A DNA stretch of 64,000 nt from Leucoraja ocellata. Its lineage: Eukaryota. Location of the stretch: contig JAWMAR010000392.1 in the NCBI GenBank assembly GCA_036785375.1, positions 1,054,001 to 1,118,000 of the forward strand, read 5' to 3'. The position numbers were made by a program, and so were the translations under genes. The notes beneath the pieces were generated by a model. The model was not told the origin of the DNA and did no database searches. It saw nothing but the letters and a program-made list of their open reading frames with translations. Shown here piece after piece: positions 1 through 12,411 of this stretch. Positions within the stretch are counted from its first letter, which is position 1. The number at the start of each line of letters is the position of its first letter.

Positions 1-990
1 GAATTCTGGGCTTACCCGCCAGAAACACGGTTATGTGCCATGATCCTATTATCCTACATAGACACAACCAAACTATTCGAGGGAGATGAAAAGCCTTGTG
101 GGTCAGTCATAAAAAACCTTATGGTCGGGTGACGAGCCATTTCGAGATGGCTCAAGCAGGTGCTAAAAGCTGCTGGGATAAAAACTAACATGTACAAAGT
201 TCATTCCACCAGGGCAGCATCCACGTCGACGGCTAAAAGAATGGACGTGCCTATAGACCACATCCTGGCTACAGCAGGATGATGGGGGGAAAGACCGTTC
301 AGAAATTTTATATTAAGTGTTGGCAAAACCTGTTTTAATTGCAGGAAAGATTTTACAGACTGCAAATATTTAATTTAAGCCCAGGGGAACAATTTAATTT
401 CTTTGTTGTTATTGTTAAAAAATACCATTGTGTTTTTCTACAAACAGATTCATTGGTTGATTACGATAACACACTTCCTCCCTCAAAGACTTCGGCAGTG
501 ATGTAGTAATAACTGTTACACGGTTTGAAATCACAGAGCTTTGAAATCTTCACGGAATCACTCACGTGACTCCGAAGTAAAATAGTAAGATTAAACGAGA
601 ACTTACCAGTTTGAAGTTTGATCTGTATTTTATGAGGAGTTACGATAAGGGATTACGTGTCCTCCGCTCCCACCCTCAATAACCATATAACCATATAACC
701 ATATAACAATTACAGCACGGAAACAGGCCATCTCGACCCTTCTAGTCCATGCCGAACACATAATCTCCCCTAGTCCCATATAATATGGGTCAAATTCATA
801 AACTGATGTCTCCTCATCTTTACTATGTTTGCTTCAATAACTGTGTCTGTATGTGATTCCACACCACTGCTTTGAAGTATGCCGCGCATGCGTGCTGAAC
901 GGGTTCTTCACGTAATCCCTCATCGTAACTCCTCATAAAATACAGATCAAACTTCAAACTGGTAAGTTCTCGTTTAATCTTACTATTTTA
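1..990 (+). mobile_element. 3' end of DIRS1-like tyrosine-recombinase retrotransposon (degenerate)
   Basis: 1-310 translates with frameshift/stop to ...ISRWLKQVLKAAGI...HSTRAASTS...ILATAG*..., the YR C-terminus. An 82-bp inverted pair at 578-659 / 909-990 (1 mismatch) fits the ICR / terminal repeat layout. Confidence 0.8.
680..781 (-). mobile_element. CR1 LINE 3' tail fragment inserted in the DIRS terminal region
   Basis: (TAACCATA)n tail plus the 3'UTR shared with other CR1 copies in the window. Confidence 0.8.
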
Positions 991-1294
991 GATGATTAAC
1001 CATGATCATATTAAATGGCAGTGCTGGCTTGAAAGGCCAAATGGCTTACCCCTCACCTATTTTTCTATGTTTCTATCCATCTATCACCCATTCACACACC
1101 AGTTCTATGTTATTCCACCCTACACACCAGGAGCAATTTACAGAGGGCCAATGTCTTCGGGATGAGGGAGGAAACTGGAGCACCCTGAGGAAACCAACGT
1201 GGTCTCAGGTGGGACATGCTAACTCCACACAGACAGCATCTGGGGTCAGGATTGATCCCGGGTCTCTGGCGCTGCAAGGTCGCAGCTCTACTCT

Positions 1295-1571
1295 AAGGGA
1301 CAGATGTTTAGGGGTAATATGAGGGGGAACTTCTTTACGCAGAGAGTGGTAGCGGTGTGGAATGAGCTTCCAGTGGAAGTGGTGGAGGCAGGTTCATTGG
1401 TATCATTTAAAAATAAATTGGATAGGCATATGGATGAGAAGGGAATGGAGGGTTATGGTATGAGTGCAGGCAGGTGGGACTAAAGGGAAAAAAATTTGTT
1501 CGGCACGGACTTGTAGGGCCGAGATGGCCTGTTTTCGTGCTGTAATTGTTATATGGTTATATGGTTATATG
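1295..1571 (+). mobile_element. CR1 LINE 3' fragment (family A, (TATGGTTA)n tail)
   Basis: Encodes ...GNFFTQRVVAVWNELP..., followed by the 3'UTR and tail. Confidence 0.85.
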
Positions 1572-2290
1572 ATTAACACGCGACAAATGCTCTTTACTGT
1601 ACCCAGATATACATGATAATAAATCAAGTTAATTCACTAAAGGTTCATTGAACGCGTTGCCAAGGGTAGTGGTGGCGACAGATACCATAGTGTACTTTAT
1701 GCATCTTTTAGATAGGCACATAAATATGCAGCAAATGTAGCAATATGTGTGAGCAGAGATAAGTTTATCATTGACACGATGTGTGGCATAAACATACTGG
1801 GCCTGTTGCTGTGCAACCATTTACAATGCATCAATGTTTAATTATTCCAGCACATTCTTGTAATTTAACTATTTTTACAAACAATTCTGCTTTGTTTTTG
1901 CCCTTATATCATTTTATTAGGCATTCAATTTAAACAACTTTTAAAACATGGCCCCTGTACAGGAACGATATTGCAACTAATACACATCAGAAACGCTACA
2001 AAATAAGTTTATATATTTTAAGACATTTCACTGTTTCTTTAAGCGGTCTATTTGAACTTTCTTAAATCGTTTTTTATCGGATTCCAATGTTGTATGCATG
2101 CTTTATCGTCACATGGTACAGGTCAGAGTGAAATTCTTTGCTTGCATCTGCGCCAGGTTCACCTTTGTTTTTCACCCCCCTCCCCATGCCAGGTCCACTT
2201 TGTACAGACAACTTTGTACAAAAGTTAGAGTAGACAAAAATGCTGGAGAAACTCAGTAGGCGAGGCAGCTTCTATGGAGCAAAGGAAATA

Positions 2291-2646
2291 CATTTACAGA
2301 GTTGATGTGGACAAGCTTTTCCCTTTGAGAATAGGGAAGATTCAAACAAGAGGACATGACTTCAGAATTAAGGGACATAAGTTTAGGGGTAATATGAGGG
2401 GGAACTTCTTTACTCAGAGAGTGGTGGCGGTGTGGAATGAGCTCCCAGTGGAAGTGGTGGAGGCAGGTTCATTGGTATCATTTAAAAATAAATTGGATAG
2501 GCATATGGATGAGAAGGGAATGGAGGGTTATGGTATGAGTGCAGGCAGGTGGGACTAAGGGGAAAAAAATTTGTTCGGCACGGACTTGTAGGGCCGAGAT
2601 GGCCTGTTTCCGTGCTGTTATTGTTTTATGGTTATATGGTTATATG
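2291..2646 (+). mobile_element. CR1 family A 3' fragment inserted in a PLE terminal repeat
   Basis: ORF 2274..2558. Flanked by a GAAATA duplication; the PLE repeat resumes at 2647. Confidence 0.85.
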
Positions 2647-2924
2647 AAATAGACAACGTTTCTGGCCGAAACCTTTCTTCATGACAAAAGTTACATCCTT
2701 TATCTTTCACCTTGCACTGTAGGCAGCTTAATACATTCCAAACTTGTGCCCAACCCGGGCGTGTTAGCCCCAGAAGCAGTTCTTTAATCACATATTACAG
2801 TATATACACTAAATCATGGATCCATACTCTGTAATGGTTCGATTGTAATCATGTATTGTCTTTCTGCTGACTGGCTAGCACGCAACAAAGGGTTTTCCCG
2901 GTGCATGTGACAGGAATAATGGTT

Positions 2925-3190
2925 AATGTAAATGCTGGACTTTAGGAGGAGCGGAACACCCCTGTCCGCTGTCTCCATCAATGGTGGGGATGTGCAGTTT
3001 CCCAGGGAGTACAAATACTTTGGAGTTCACCTGGACAGTAAACGGGACTGGTCCAGGAACGCTGAGGCTCTATACAAGAAGGGACAGAGCCGGCTGCACA
3101 TTTTAAGAAGGCTCCACTCCTTCAAAGGCTGCAGTAAGATGCGGCAGGTGTTCTACCAATCGGTGGTAGCCACTGCTTTCTTCTTCTCAG
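2925..3190 (+). mobile_element. Rex1/Babar LINE fragment
   Basis: YKYFGVHLDSKRDWSRN...KKGQSRLHILRRL...FYQSVVA is typical of the Rex1 post-RT region. Confidence 0.7.
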
Positions 3191-3639
3191 TGTGGAGAAG
3201 GGTCTCAACCCGAAACGTCACCCATTCCTTCTCTCCAGAGATGCTGCCTGTCCCGCAGTTTCTCCAGCATTTTGTGTCGATCTTCGGTTTAAACCAGCGT
3301 CTGCAATTTCTTCCTACACGCAACCACATTCCTCGGTTGTTATAGCTTACAGCACTAAAGCTGGATATGTTTAATCAGTCTCCAGACCGGACACCTTCAT
3401 TACACCCTCCACAGTTGTTGCCTGACCAGCCAGGCATTTGCTGCCCTTTCGAGCTTTATTCACAGCCTACTTCGAGAGTTCCTCTGTCATATTCCACTGG
3501 GGTAGTCTACACCCAACGGTGAGAACATTGAACATTGACACAAAATGCTGGAGTATCTCAACGTACAGGCAGCATCTCTGGAGAGAAGGAATGGGTGCCG
3601 TTTCAGGTCAAGACCATCTTTTACTCAAGACATTGAATT

Positions 3640-3955
3640 AGTTTAGTCTAGTTTAAAGATACAGCACGGAAACAGGCCCTTCTGCCCATCAAGACCGCAC
3701 TGACCAGTGATTCCCTCACTCTAACACTATCCTACACACACTAGGGACAATTTACAATTTTACTGAAGCCAATTAACCTGCAAACCTGCACGTCTTTGGA
3801 ATGTGGGAGGAAACCGGAGCACCCGGAGAAAACCCACGAGGTCACGGGGAGAACGTACAAACTGCTTACAGAAGTGTAAGGAGCACCTTTGGTCATGATC
3901 GAACCCGGGTCTCTGGTGCTGTAAGGCAGCAATTCTACCATTGCACCACCGTGCC
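3640..3955 (-). mobile_element. tRNA-derived V-SINE (HE1-like)
   Basis: GGCACGGTGG A-box, GGTTCGATC B-box, V-domain core, CR1-like tail ending (CTAAA)n. Further copies at ~1080-1292, 5180-5835, 8807-9060, 11422-11723, 11908-12400, 33125-33390, 53430-53705, 56725-56880, 58745-58985 and 62965-63295. Confidence 0.8.
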
Positions 3956-4489
3956 ATGAGAAAAATTGAATTCTTTACTGAAGATAGACACAAAAGGCTG
4001 GTGTAACTCAGCGGGTCAGGCAGCATCTCTGGATGCTCATCAGGCAACGTCCTGACCCGAAACGTCACCTCTTCCTTATCTCCAGAGATGCTGCCTGTCC
4101 CACTGAGTTACTCCAGCTTTTTGTGTCTATCTTCGGTCTAAACCAGCATCTGCAGTTCCTTCCTACACATAGAACTCTTCAATGTCAGGTAATCAACAAC
4201 TCCCCTCTCCTTTGTTCTCTCTCTCCCCCCCCCCCACCCTCCCCCTTTACCTTGTACCCCATCTGTACTCACCCATTTCTCCCTTCCCATTTACATTTTG
4301 TCCTCCAGCTTCACAATTTGAAACTCTCCTATTCTTATCTCAAACCTTTTGTCTTTTCACCGCTGGACTTTGTCCAACCATCCACCTACCAAACCCCTCC
4401 CACCTCCCTGTATCCAGCTATCACTCGTCAATATTTGTCCTGCCTCTATTCTCTTCCATCTTTCTCCCCCCACCTCCCCCACCACATAC

Positions 4490-4523
4490 AGTCTGATGAA
4501 GGGTCCCGACCCGAAACGTCACT
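4490..4523 (+). ncRNA. Minimal type-I hammerhead ribozyme motif in a PLE terminal repeat
   Basis: agt-CTGATGA-a-GGGTC cc GACCC-GAAAC-GTC-act: conserved core, helix II hairpin, GUC cleavage triplet, 3-bp helix I. Confidence 0.7.
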
Positions 4524-4687
4524 TATCCATGTTCTCCAGAGATGCAGCCTGGCCCGCTGAGTTACTCCAGCACTTTGCATCTTTTTCTGAAAGGCCTGGG
4601 TTGTGACATTTCTCCTTGTGTCCATCTTCTCCTGTTGGCGCTGTTAGCTGATCCAATGTCCCAACAAAATGCTGCTGTCCCGGCCCT

Positions 4688-4822
4688 TCACCTGCGTTGC
4701 ACTCTCTGTGGCACAGCGTAGATAATGCCTGCGTCCTGATTATCTGATGTTGCTGGCCTGTTGGCCTTAGGAAGCTGGAGAAGGCAGTATGTGGTCTCAA
4801 CCGGTGAATCTAATTCCAGGGC
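4688..4822 (-). CDS. Exon 5 (terminal coding exon) with tyrosine signalling motifs
   Basis: Acceptor ctctccctgttcttcacag| in phase 0. Reads ALELDSPVETTYCLLQLPKANRPATSDNQDAGIIYAVPQRVQRR*. TTYCLL fits TxYxxL (ITSM) and IYAVP fits YxxP. Confidence 0.75.
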   Translation of the reverse strand, partial: ALELDSPVETTYCLLQLPKANRPATSDNQDAGIIYAVPQRVQRR

Positions 4823-5334
4823 CTGTGAAGAACAGGGAGAGGACCATTTATGGGATGCAATATTCGAGTTGATGCAAGAAAGTATGTAGCTGGGCAACAA
4901 GTGGTTAATGGAGGAAGACTACGTTTTCAGATACTTTGAGAGGAAAGTTGGAATGTGGAACATGGAATAGTACAACACAGGAACAGGCTCTTCAGCCCAG
5001 TGTCTACGCTGAACATGAAGCCAAAATAAACTAGTTTCAACTGCCTGCACATGGAGTTATAGTGTCATAGTATGAAAACAGTCCCTTCAGCCCAACTAGC
5101 CCATGCCAACCAGCATGCCCCATCTACACATGTCCCATCTGCCTCAATCCTTCTAAACCTATCCTATCGAGGTAACTTTGTGGCAGCACAATGGAGCAGT
5201 GATAGAGTTGCTGCCTTACAGCACCAGAGACCCGGGTTCGATCCTGACTATGGGTGCTGTCTGTACGGAGTGTGTACGTGGGTTTTCTCCAAGATCTTCG
5301 GTTTTCTCCCACACTGCAAAGATGTACAGGTTTA

Positions 5335-5716
5335 TAACCATATAACCATATAACAATTACAGCACGGAAACAGGCCATCTCGGCCCTACAAGTCCGTGCC
5401 GAACAACTTTTTTTCCCCTTAGTCCCACCTGCCTGCACTCATACCATAACCCTCCATTCCCTTCTCATCCATATGCCTATCCAATTTATTTTTAAATGAT
5501 ACCAATGAACCTGCCTCCACCACTTCCACTGGAAGCTCATTCCACACCGCTACCACTCTCTGAGTAAAGAAGTTCCCCCTCATATTACCCCTAAACTTAT
5601 GTCCCTTAATTCTGAAGTTGTGTCCTCTTGTTTGAATCTTCCCTATTCTCAAAGGGAAAAGCTTGTCCACATCAACTCTGTCTATCCCTCTCATCATTTT
5701 AAAGACCTCTAAAAAC
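5335..5716 (-). mobile_element. Young CR1-A insertion in a V-SINE, TSD GTTTA
   Basis: ORF 5419..5697. The empty site is visible in the duplicated copy at ~13347-13365. Confidence 0.85.
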
Positions 5717-5844
5717 GTTTAGCCCCAGATAGTGTGTGTGGGATAGTTTTAATATGCGGGGATTGCAGTTGGGTACGGACTGGACTGAAGGGCCTGTTTC
5801 TGCGCTGTATTTCATAACAAAAAACTAAACTAAACTATCCAAAT

Positions 5845-6602
5845 AGTACATGGTAAATGGTAGGGAATTGAAGAATGTAGGTGAACAGAGGGATCTGGGA
5901 ATAACTGTGCACAGTTCCCTGAAAGTGGAATCTCATGTAGATAGGGTGGTAAAGAAAGCTTTTGGTGTGCTGGCCTTTATAAATCAGAGCATTGAGTATA
6001 GAAGTTGGGATGTAATGTTAAAATTGTACAAGGCATTGGTGAGGCCAATTCTGGAGTATGGTGTACAATTTTGGTCGCCTAATTATAGGAAGGATGTCAA
6101 CAAAATAGAGAGAGTACAGAGGAGATTTACTAGAATGTTGCCTGGGTTTCAGCAACTAAGTTACAGAGAAAGGTTGAACAAGTTAGGGCTTTATTCTTTG
6201 GAGCGCAGAAGGTTAAGGGGGGACTTGATAGAGGTTTTTAAAATGATGAGAGGGATAGACAGAGTTGACGTGGAAAAGCTTTTCCCACTGAGAGTAGGGA
6301 AGATTCAAACAAGGGGACATGACATGAGAATTAAGGGACTGATGTTTAGGGGTAACATGAGGGGGAACTTCTTTACTCACAGAGTGGTAGCTGTGTGGAA
6401 TGAGCTTCCAGTGAAGGTGGTGGAGGCAGGTTCGTTTTTATCATTTAAAAATAAATTGGATAGTTATATGGATGGGAAGGGAATGGAGGGTTATGGTCTG
6501 AGCGCAGGTATATGGGACTAGGGGAGATTATGTGTTTGGCACGGACTAGAAGGGTCGAGATGGCCTGTTTCCGTGCTGTAATTGTTATATGGTTATATGG
6601 TT
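5845..6602 (+). mobile_element. Young CR1-A insertion, TSD AAAT
   Basis: Uninterrupted 223-aa ORF2 C-terminus (5850..6521). Empty site ctatccaaatgcttttc at ~13475-13491. Confidence 0.9.
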
Positions 6603-6897
6603 AAATGCTTTTCAACGCTGTGATAGTACCTGCCTCATCTACCTCCTGTCTACAACTCATTCTATATACCTACCACCCTAGGTGTGAAAGTTGTCCCTCA
6701 GGATCTTTCCCCCCTCATCTTTAACCCGTGTCCTCTGGCTCTTGATATCCCAACTCTGGGTAAAAGACCGTACATTTATCTCTTCATGATCTGATGCACT
6801 TCTATAACATCATCTCTTATCCTGCTGCAATCCAATCCTGCTCAACCTCTCCCCACAACTCAGGCCCATGATTCCTGGCAACGTAAATATTCTCTGT

Positions 6898-7110
6898 GGT
6901 ACACAAAAATGCTGGAGAAACTCAGCGGGTGCAGCAGCATCTATGGAGCGAAGGAAATAGGCAATGTTTCGGGCCGAAACCCTTCTTCAGACTGCGGTTT
7001 CGGCCCGAAACGTTGCCCATTTCCTTCGCTCCATAGATGCGGCTGCACCTGCTGAGTTTCTCCAGCATTTTTGTGTACCTTCGATTTTCCAGCATCTGCA
7101 GTTCCTTCTT
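6898..7110. repeat. Palindromic (inverted) PLE terminal-repeat pair
   Basis: ggtacacaaaaatgctggagaaactcagc...gctgagtttctccagcatttttgtgtacc with ~85-bp arms. Similar structures at ~3980-4165, 9283-9465, 12123-12266, 13775-13956, 16160-16342, 19000-19145, 19907-20088, 21998-22184, 30160-30348 and 63330-63462. Confidence 0.8.
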
Positions 7111-7699
7111 AAATAAATTTTCTCTGCACCCATTTCTGCTTATTCATAATCATAATCGTAATTTATTAGCCAAGTATGTTTTGCAACATACGAGGGATTT
7201 GATTTGCCGTACAGTCATACCAAAAAACAGCAACAAGACACAAGAGGCTGCTGTCGTGTGGCGCCATCTGGTGGGGATCAACCCCAATAACAGGTCGACC
7301 AAAACTGAACACAACACTCCAAATGTGTTCTCAAGGAACATAACTTTCAAACTTCTATGTGTAGGAAGGAACTGCAGATGCTGGTTTAAACCAAACATAG
7401 ACACACAAAGCTGGAGTAACTCAGCGGGACAGGCAGCATCTCTGGAGAGAAGGAACGGGTGGAATAAATATATTCCTGTGAAATGTCAAGTGCTGCATCT
7501 CAGTAGCTCACAGCTCCACAGCTTCCTGTAAATGGCAACACAGGTAGACAAAGTAGTAAAGGAGGGGTATGGTATGCTTGCCTGCGTTGCACGAGCCATT
7601 ACGTATAAGAGTTGGGTCGTGCAGATTTGCATAATGCACCTTTATAGGACATTGGTTGATCTGCATTTGTAGTATTGCGTGCAGTTCTGGTCACCCCGT

Positions 7700-8337
7700 A
7701 CAGATATATTTTGGTGTTGCTCGTTCTTCACTGGCTCGTCTCCAGTTGGTTCAGAATGCTGCTGCTCGCCTTTTAACAGGGACTCAAAAGAGGGAGCACA
7801 TATCACCAATTCTAGCCTCCCTACACTGCCTCCCGGTGCACTTTCGGGTTCATTTTAAGATACTGTTATTTGTTTTTAAATCTCTGAATGGGCTCGCCCC
7901 GCCTTACCTCTCTGAGCTGCTCCACCCATACGCTCCTGCCCAGTCCCTCAGGTCAGCTGGTCAGCTGCTCCTGGAGGTACCGAGGTCTAGTCGGAGGCTC
8001 AGAGGGGATAGAGCCTTCTCTGTTGCTGCTCCGGCACTCTGGAACACCCTGCCGTTGCACATCAGACAGGCCCCCTCACTGTCCATCTTCAAATCCAGTG
8101 TTAAAACGCATTTTTACTCCCTGGCTTTTGACCATGCCTGAGGCTTTGCTTCTGTTTGTGGTGTTTTTGATGTTTCTTTATTTTACATGTCTTTTCCTAC
8201 TATTTCTTTTGATTGTTATTTTTGGTGTGTGTTAACTTTTTTGTCAATGATTAGTGATGTACAGCACTTTGTTGCAGCTATGTTTGTTTTTAAAGTGCTC
8301 TATAAATAAAATTATTATTATTGTTATTATTATTATA
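7700..8337 (+). mobile_element. L2 LINE 3' fragment (duplicate at 14579-15215)
   Basis: LQLVQNAAARLLTG...HISPILASLH(C/W)LPV...GLAPPYLSELL, then AATAAA and a (TAT)n tail. Confidence 0.85.
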
Positions 8338-8636
8338 TAATGTGGAGGCTTTGGAAAGGGCACAGAAGAGGTTTACCAGAACCAGCCTGAATTAGTGGGT
8401 AATGGCTATGAGTGTGTCATCCGTTTGAAGAAGAGTCTCGACCCAAAACGCCACCCATTCCTTCCCTCCAGAGATTCAAGATTCAAGAGAGTTTATTGTC
8501 ATGTGTCCCATATACTCCCTTTGCCTTCCAGATGCTAACATGTTTGGCCAAGGATGAGGGGTCATTTGGCACAATTGATGAAGCAGATTTTATTTTGCGA
8601 ATGATTTCTCCTCCCTCCAACCCACTGCCCACTTAC

Positions 8637-8716
8637 CTTGTTCAAGTCTTGCCGTGAAACTCTGTTAAACGCAACAAATCCTTCCGCGGCGTCCGACTTT
8701 CTCCTTCGATAATAAA
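8637..8716 (-). CDS. Exon 4, copy e
   Basis: Intact AG/GT; variant first codon, (I)YYRRRK... Confidence 0.55.
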
Positions 8717-10032
8717 CTGACATAAAACAATGAGATAGCAACAGGATTTCTAATTGTGCATTATCCAGAGTCTTACCAATTTGTAGCCATTAAATGAAGG
8801 AAGCAGGGCAGCACGGTGGTGCAGCGGTAGAGATACTGCCCTACAGCCCCAGGGACCTGGGTTCGATCCTGACTGCGGGTGCTGTCTGTACGGAATTTGT
8901 ATGTTCGCCCCGTGACCTGCACGGGTTTTCTCCAAGATCTTTGGTTTCCTCCCACACTCCAAAGATGGACAGGTTTGTAGGTTAATTGGCTTGGTATAAA
9001 TGTAAATTGTCCCGAGTGTGTGTAGGATAGTGGGAACATGATCAAAGTGGACTCAGTGGGCTCTAGGTGTGAAAGTTATCCCTCAGGATCTTTCCCCCCC
9101 TCATCTTTAACCCGTGTCCTCTGGCTCTTGATATCCCTACTCTGGGTAAAAGACGGTACATTTATCTCTTCATGGTCTGATGCACTTCTATAACATCATC
9201 TCTTATCCTGCTGCAATCCAAGCCTGCTCAACCTCTCCCCACAACTCAGGCCCATGAGTCCTGGCAAAGTAAATTTTCTCTGTGGTACACAAAAATGCTG
9301 GAGAAACTCAGCGGGTGCAGCAGCATCTATGGAGCGAAGGAAATAGGCAATGTTTCGGGCCGAAACCCTTCTTCAGACTGCGGTTTCGGCCCGAAATGTT
9401 GCCCATTTCCTTCGCTCCATAGATGCTGCTGCACCCGCTGAGTTTCTCCAGCATTTTTGTGTACCTTCGATTTTCCAGCATCTGCAGTTCCTTCTTAAAT
9501 AAATTTTCTCTGCACCCTTTTCTGCTTATTCATAATCATAATCGTAATTTATTAGCCAAATATGTTTTGCAACATACAAGGGATTTGATTTGCCGTACAG
9601 TCATACCAAAAAAAGGCAGCAAGACACACAAGAGGCTGCTGTCGTGTGGCGCCATCTGGTGGGGATCAACCCCAATAACAGGTCGACCAAAACTGAACAC
9701 AACACTCCAAATGTGTTCTCAAGGAACATAACTTTCAAACTTCTATGTGTAGGAAGGAACTGCAGATGCTGGTTTAAACCAAACATAGACACACAAAGCT
9801 GGAGTAACTCAGCGGGACAGGCAGCATCTCTGGAGAGAAGGAACGGGTGGAATAAATTTATTCCTGTGAAATGTCAAGTGCTGCATCTCAGTAACTCACA
9901 GCTCCACAGCTTCCTGTAAATGGCAACACAGGTAGACAAAGTAGTAAAGGAGGGGTATGGTATGCTTGCCTGCATTGCACGAGCCATTACGTATAAGAGT
10001 TGGGTCGTGCAGATTTGCATAATGCAGCTTTA

Positions 10033-10886
10033 CTAGGGGCGCTGCACTGGCAGCAGCCTCTACCTACAGCCTGTCTGTCATTTCCATCTTTTTTATTATT
10101 TTTAGTTAGTCTAAAGTCTGTTTTAGGAGGAAACTTTAACTTTTCTATGTGGGGGAGGGGGGCAGGGTAAGGGGGAAACCGTCTCCAAGTCTCTTCCTAG
10201 CGGGGACGCGACTATTTCTCCGAGTCGCGTCCTCGCCCCCACCTCGCGGCCTACCAGCTGGATCGGAGCGGCCTTTCCTGCCGGGGACCGGGATCCGGAC
10301 CAGGGCTGCTACAGTGGCGGCGCAGCGCTGGAGTCACCGCGGAGCGGGCGATACCTACCTGGGTCGCCGTTTGGACCTCCGGAGCGTTGGGCCGTTGCTC
10401 CAACATCGTGGAGCTCCGGTGCGGAGAGCTTCCAACGCGGGCGGCGCTGAACGGCATCGTGGAGTCCTGGGGCGCCTTGCAGAGGGCCTACAGCAGCAGT
10501 CTCCACCCGGCGCGGCCTGCGGACTTTGGAAGCCGCCGACTCCGGTAGGAGGGGGCCGACTCTGTGTCCATGCCACTGAGGACGTCCCGCAGCCCCGACG
10601 TCGGACTGGTATCATCCCGGCGAGCGGTCCTGGTCATCGGGCCGCCAGTAGCTGCAACTGCGGAGGGCTTGGGGAGACCCTGACCACGGGGAGCAGTGGA
10701 GGAAGAAGACTGACTTTGGTGCCTTCCCACACAGTGGGAAACTTTGATTCTGCTGTGTGGGGATGTTTTGTGTTAAATTCTATAGTGTGTTGAGTCCTGT
10801 TTATTTTTTTTGTATGGCTGTATGGGAATTCATTTCACTGTGCCATCTGGCACATGTGACAATTAAAATCTATCTATCTATCTATC
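10033..10886 (+). mobile_element. GC-rich non-autonomous retroposon with LINE-like 3' stem-loop and (TCTA)n tail (duplicate at 16910-17763)
   Basis: TTTA TSD relative to the empty site gcagctttatagg in the sister subunit. 3' hairpin gtgccatctggcac. Confidence 0.65.
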
Positions 10887-11251
10887 TTTATAGGACATTG
10901 GTTGATCTGCATTTGTAGTATTGCATGCAGTTCTGGTCACCCCTTACAGGTAGAATGTGGAGGCTTTGGAAAGGGCACAGAAGAGGTTTACCAGAACCAG
11001 CCTGAATTAGTGGGTAATGGCTATGAGTGTGTCATCCGTTTGAAGAAGAGTCTCGACCCAAAACGCCACCCATTCCTTCCCTCCAGAGATTCAAGATTCA
11101 AGAGAGTTTATTGTCATGTGTCCCATATACTCCCTTTGCCTTCCAGATGCTAACATGTTTGGCTAAGGAAGAGGGGTCATTTGACACAATTGATGAAGCA
11201 GATTTTATTTTGCAAATGATTTCTCCTCCCTCCAACCCACTGCCCACTTAC

Positions 11252-11331
11252 CTTGTTCAAGTCTTGCCGTGAAACTCTGTTAAACGCAACAAATCCTTCC
11301 GCGGCGTCCGACTTTCTCCTTCGATAATAAT
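11252..11331 (-). CDS. Exon 4, copy d
   Basis: Intact AG/GT; the peptide is visible within ORF 11177..11359. Confidence 0.55.
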
Positions 11332-12411
11332 CTGACATAAAACAATGAGATAGCAACATGATTTCTAATTGTGCATTATCCAGAGTCTTACCAATTTGTA
11401 GCCATTAAATGAAGGAAGCAGGGCAGCACGGTGGTGCAGCGGTAGAGATACTGCCCTACAGCCCCAGAGACCTGGGTTCGATCCTGACTGCGGGTGCTGA
11501 CTGTACGGAATTTGTATGTTCGCCCCGTGACCTGCACGGGTTTTCTCCAAGATCTTTGTTTCCTCCCACACTCCAAAGATGGACAGGTTTGTAGGTTAAT
11601 TGACTTGGTATAAATGTAAATTGTCCCTAGTGTGTGTAGGATAGTGGGAACATGATCAATGTGGACTCAGTGGGCCAAAGGGCCTGTTTCCGTGCTGTAT
11701 CTCTAAACTAAACTAAAACTAAACACAATACTTTAATGCTGGATTAATATGTTGCACATATAGAGCTTTTTTTATAGTAGATTTATAGTGGATATTGGTC
11801 ACTAATTTAGCCTCAGGGGTGCATAAAGAAATGGGGCCAGAGATGGATGAAGTGAAAGTGTGAGCCATTTGACAATTGGCAGCCAAAACGTGGTGAAATT
11901 CTCCAGATGCGGCACGGTGGCGCAGCGGTAGAGTTGCTGCCTCACAGCACCAGAGACGCAGGTTCGATCCTGACTACGGGTGCTGTCTGTTCGGAGTTTG
12001 TACGTTCTCCCCGTAACCTACGTGGGTTTTCTCCGAGATCTTCGGTTTCTTCCTACACTCCAATGACGAGCAGGTTTGTAGGCTAAATGTTCAAGCAGGA
12101 ACTGCAGATGCTGGAAGATCGAAGGTACACAAAAATGCTGGAGAAACTCAGCGGGTGCAGCAGCATCTATGGAGCGAAGGAAATAGGCGACGTTTCGGGC
12201 CAAAACCCTTCCTTCGCTCCATAGATGCTGCTGCACCCGCTGAGTTTCTCCAGCATTTTTGTGTACCCAGGTTTGTAGGCTAATTGGGTTGGTCAAATTA
12301 TAAAATTGCCCCTCCTGTGTGTAGGATAGTATTAGTGTGTGGGGATCGCTGGTCGTAGCGGGCTCGGTGCCGAAGAGCTTATCTCTAAGCTAAACTAAGC
12401 AGAGACCAGTC

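Noticed and set aside
3900-3955. tRNA-like A/B boxes in many places
   Set aside because: These are heads of V-SINEs, not tRNA genes: no full cloverleaf, and each is followed by the SINE core.
6680-6690. AGGTGTGAAA T-box-like motif in the duplicated subunits
   Set aside because: It derives from a decayed CR1 sequence and is multiplied only by the duplication.
8412-8657. Repeated 81-aa plus-strand ORF (four copies)
   Set aside because: It is a chimera of repeat fragments and antisense intron sequence. The real signal is the minus-strand exon 4.
10149-10793. 214-aa ORF, duplicated at 17026
   Set aside because: It lies inside a GC-rich retroposon with a TSD and microsatellite tail. The two copies differ by internal frameshifts, so there is no sign of coding constraint.
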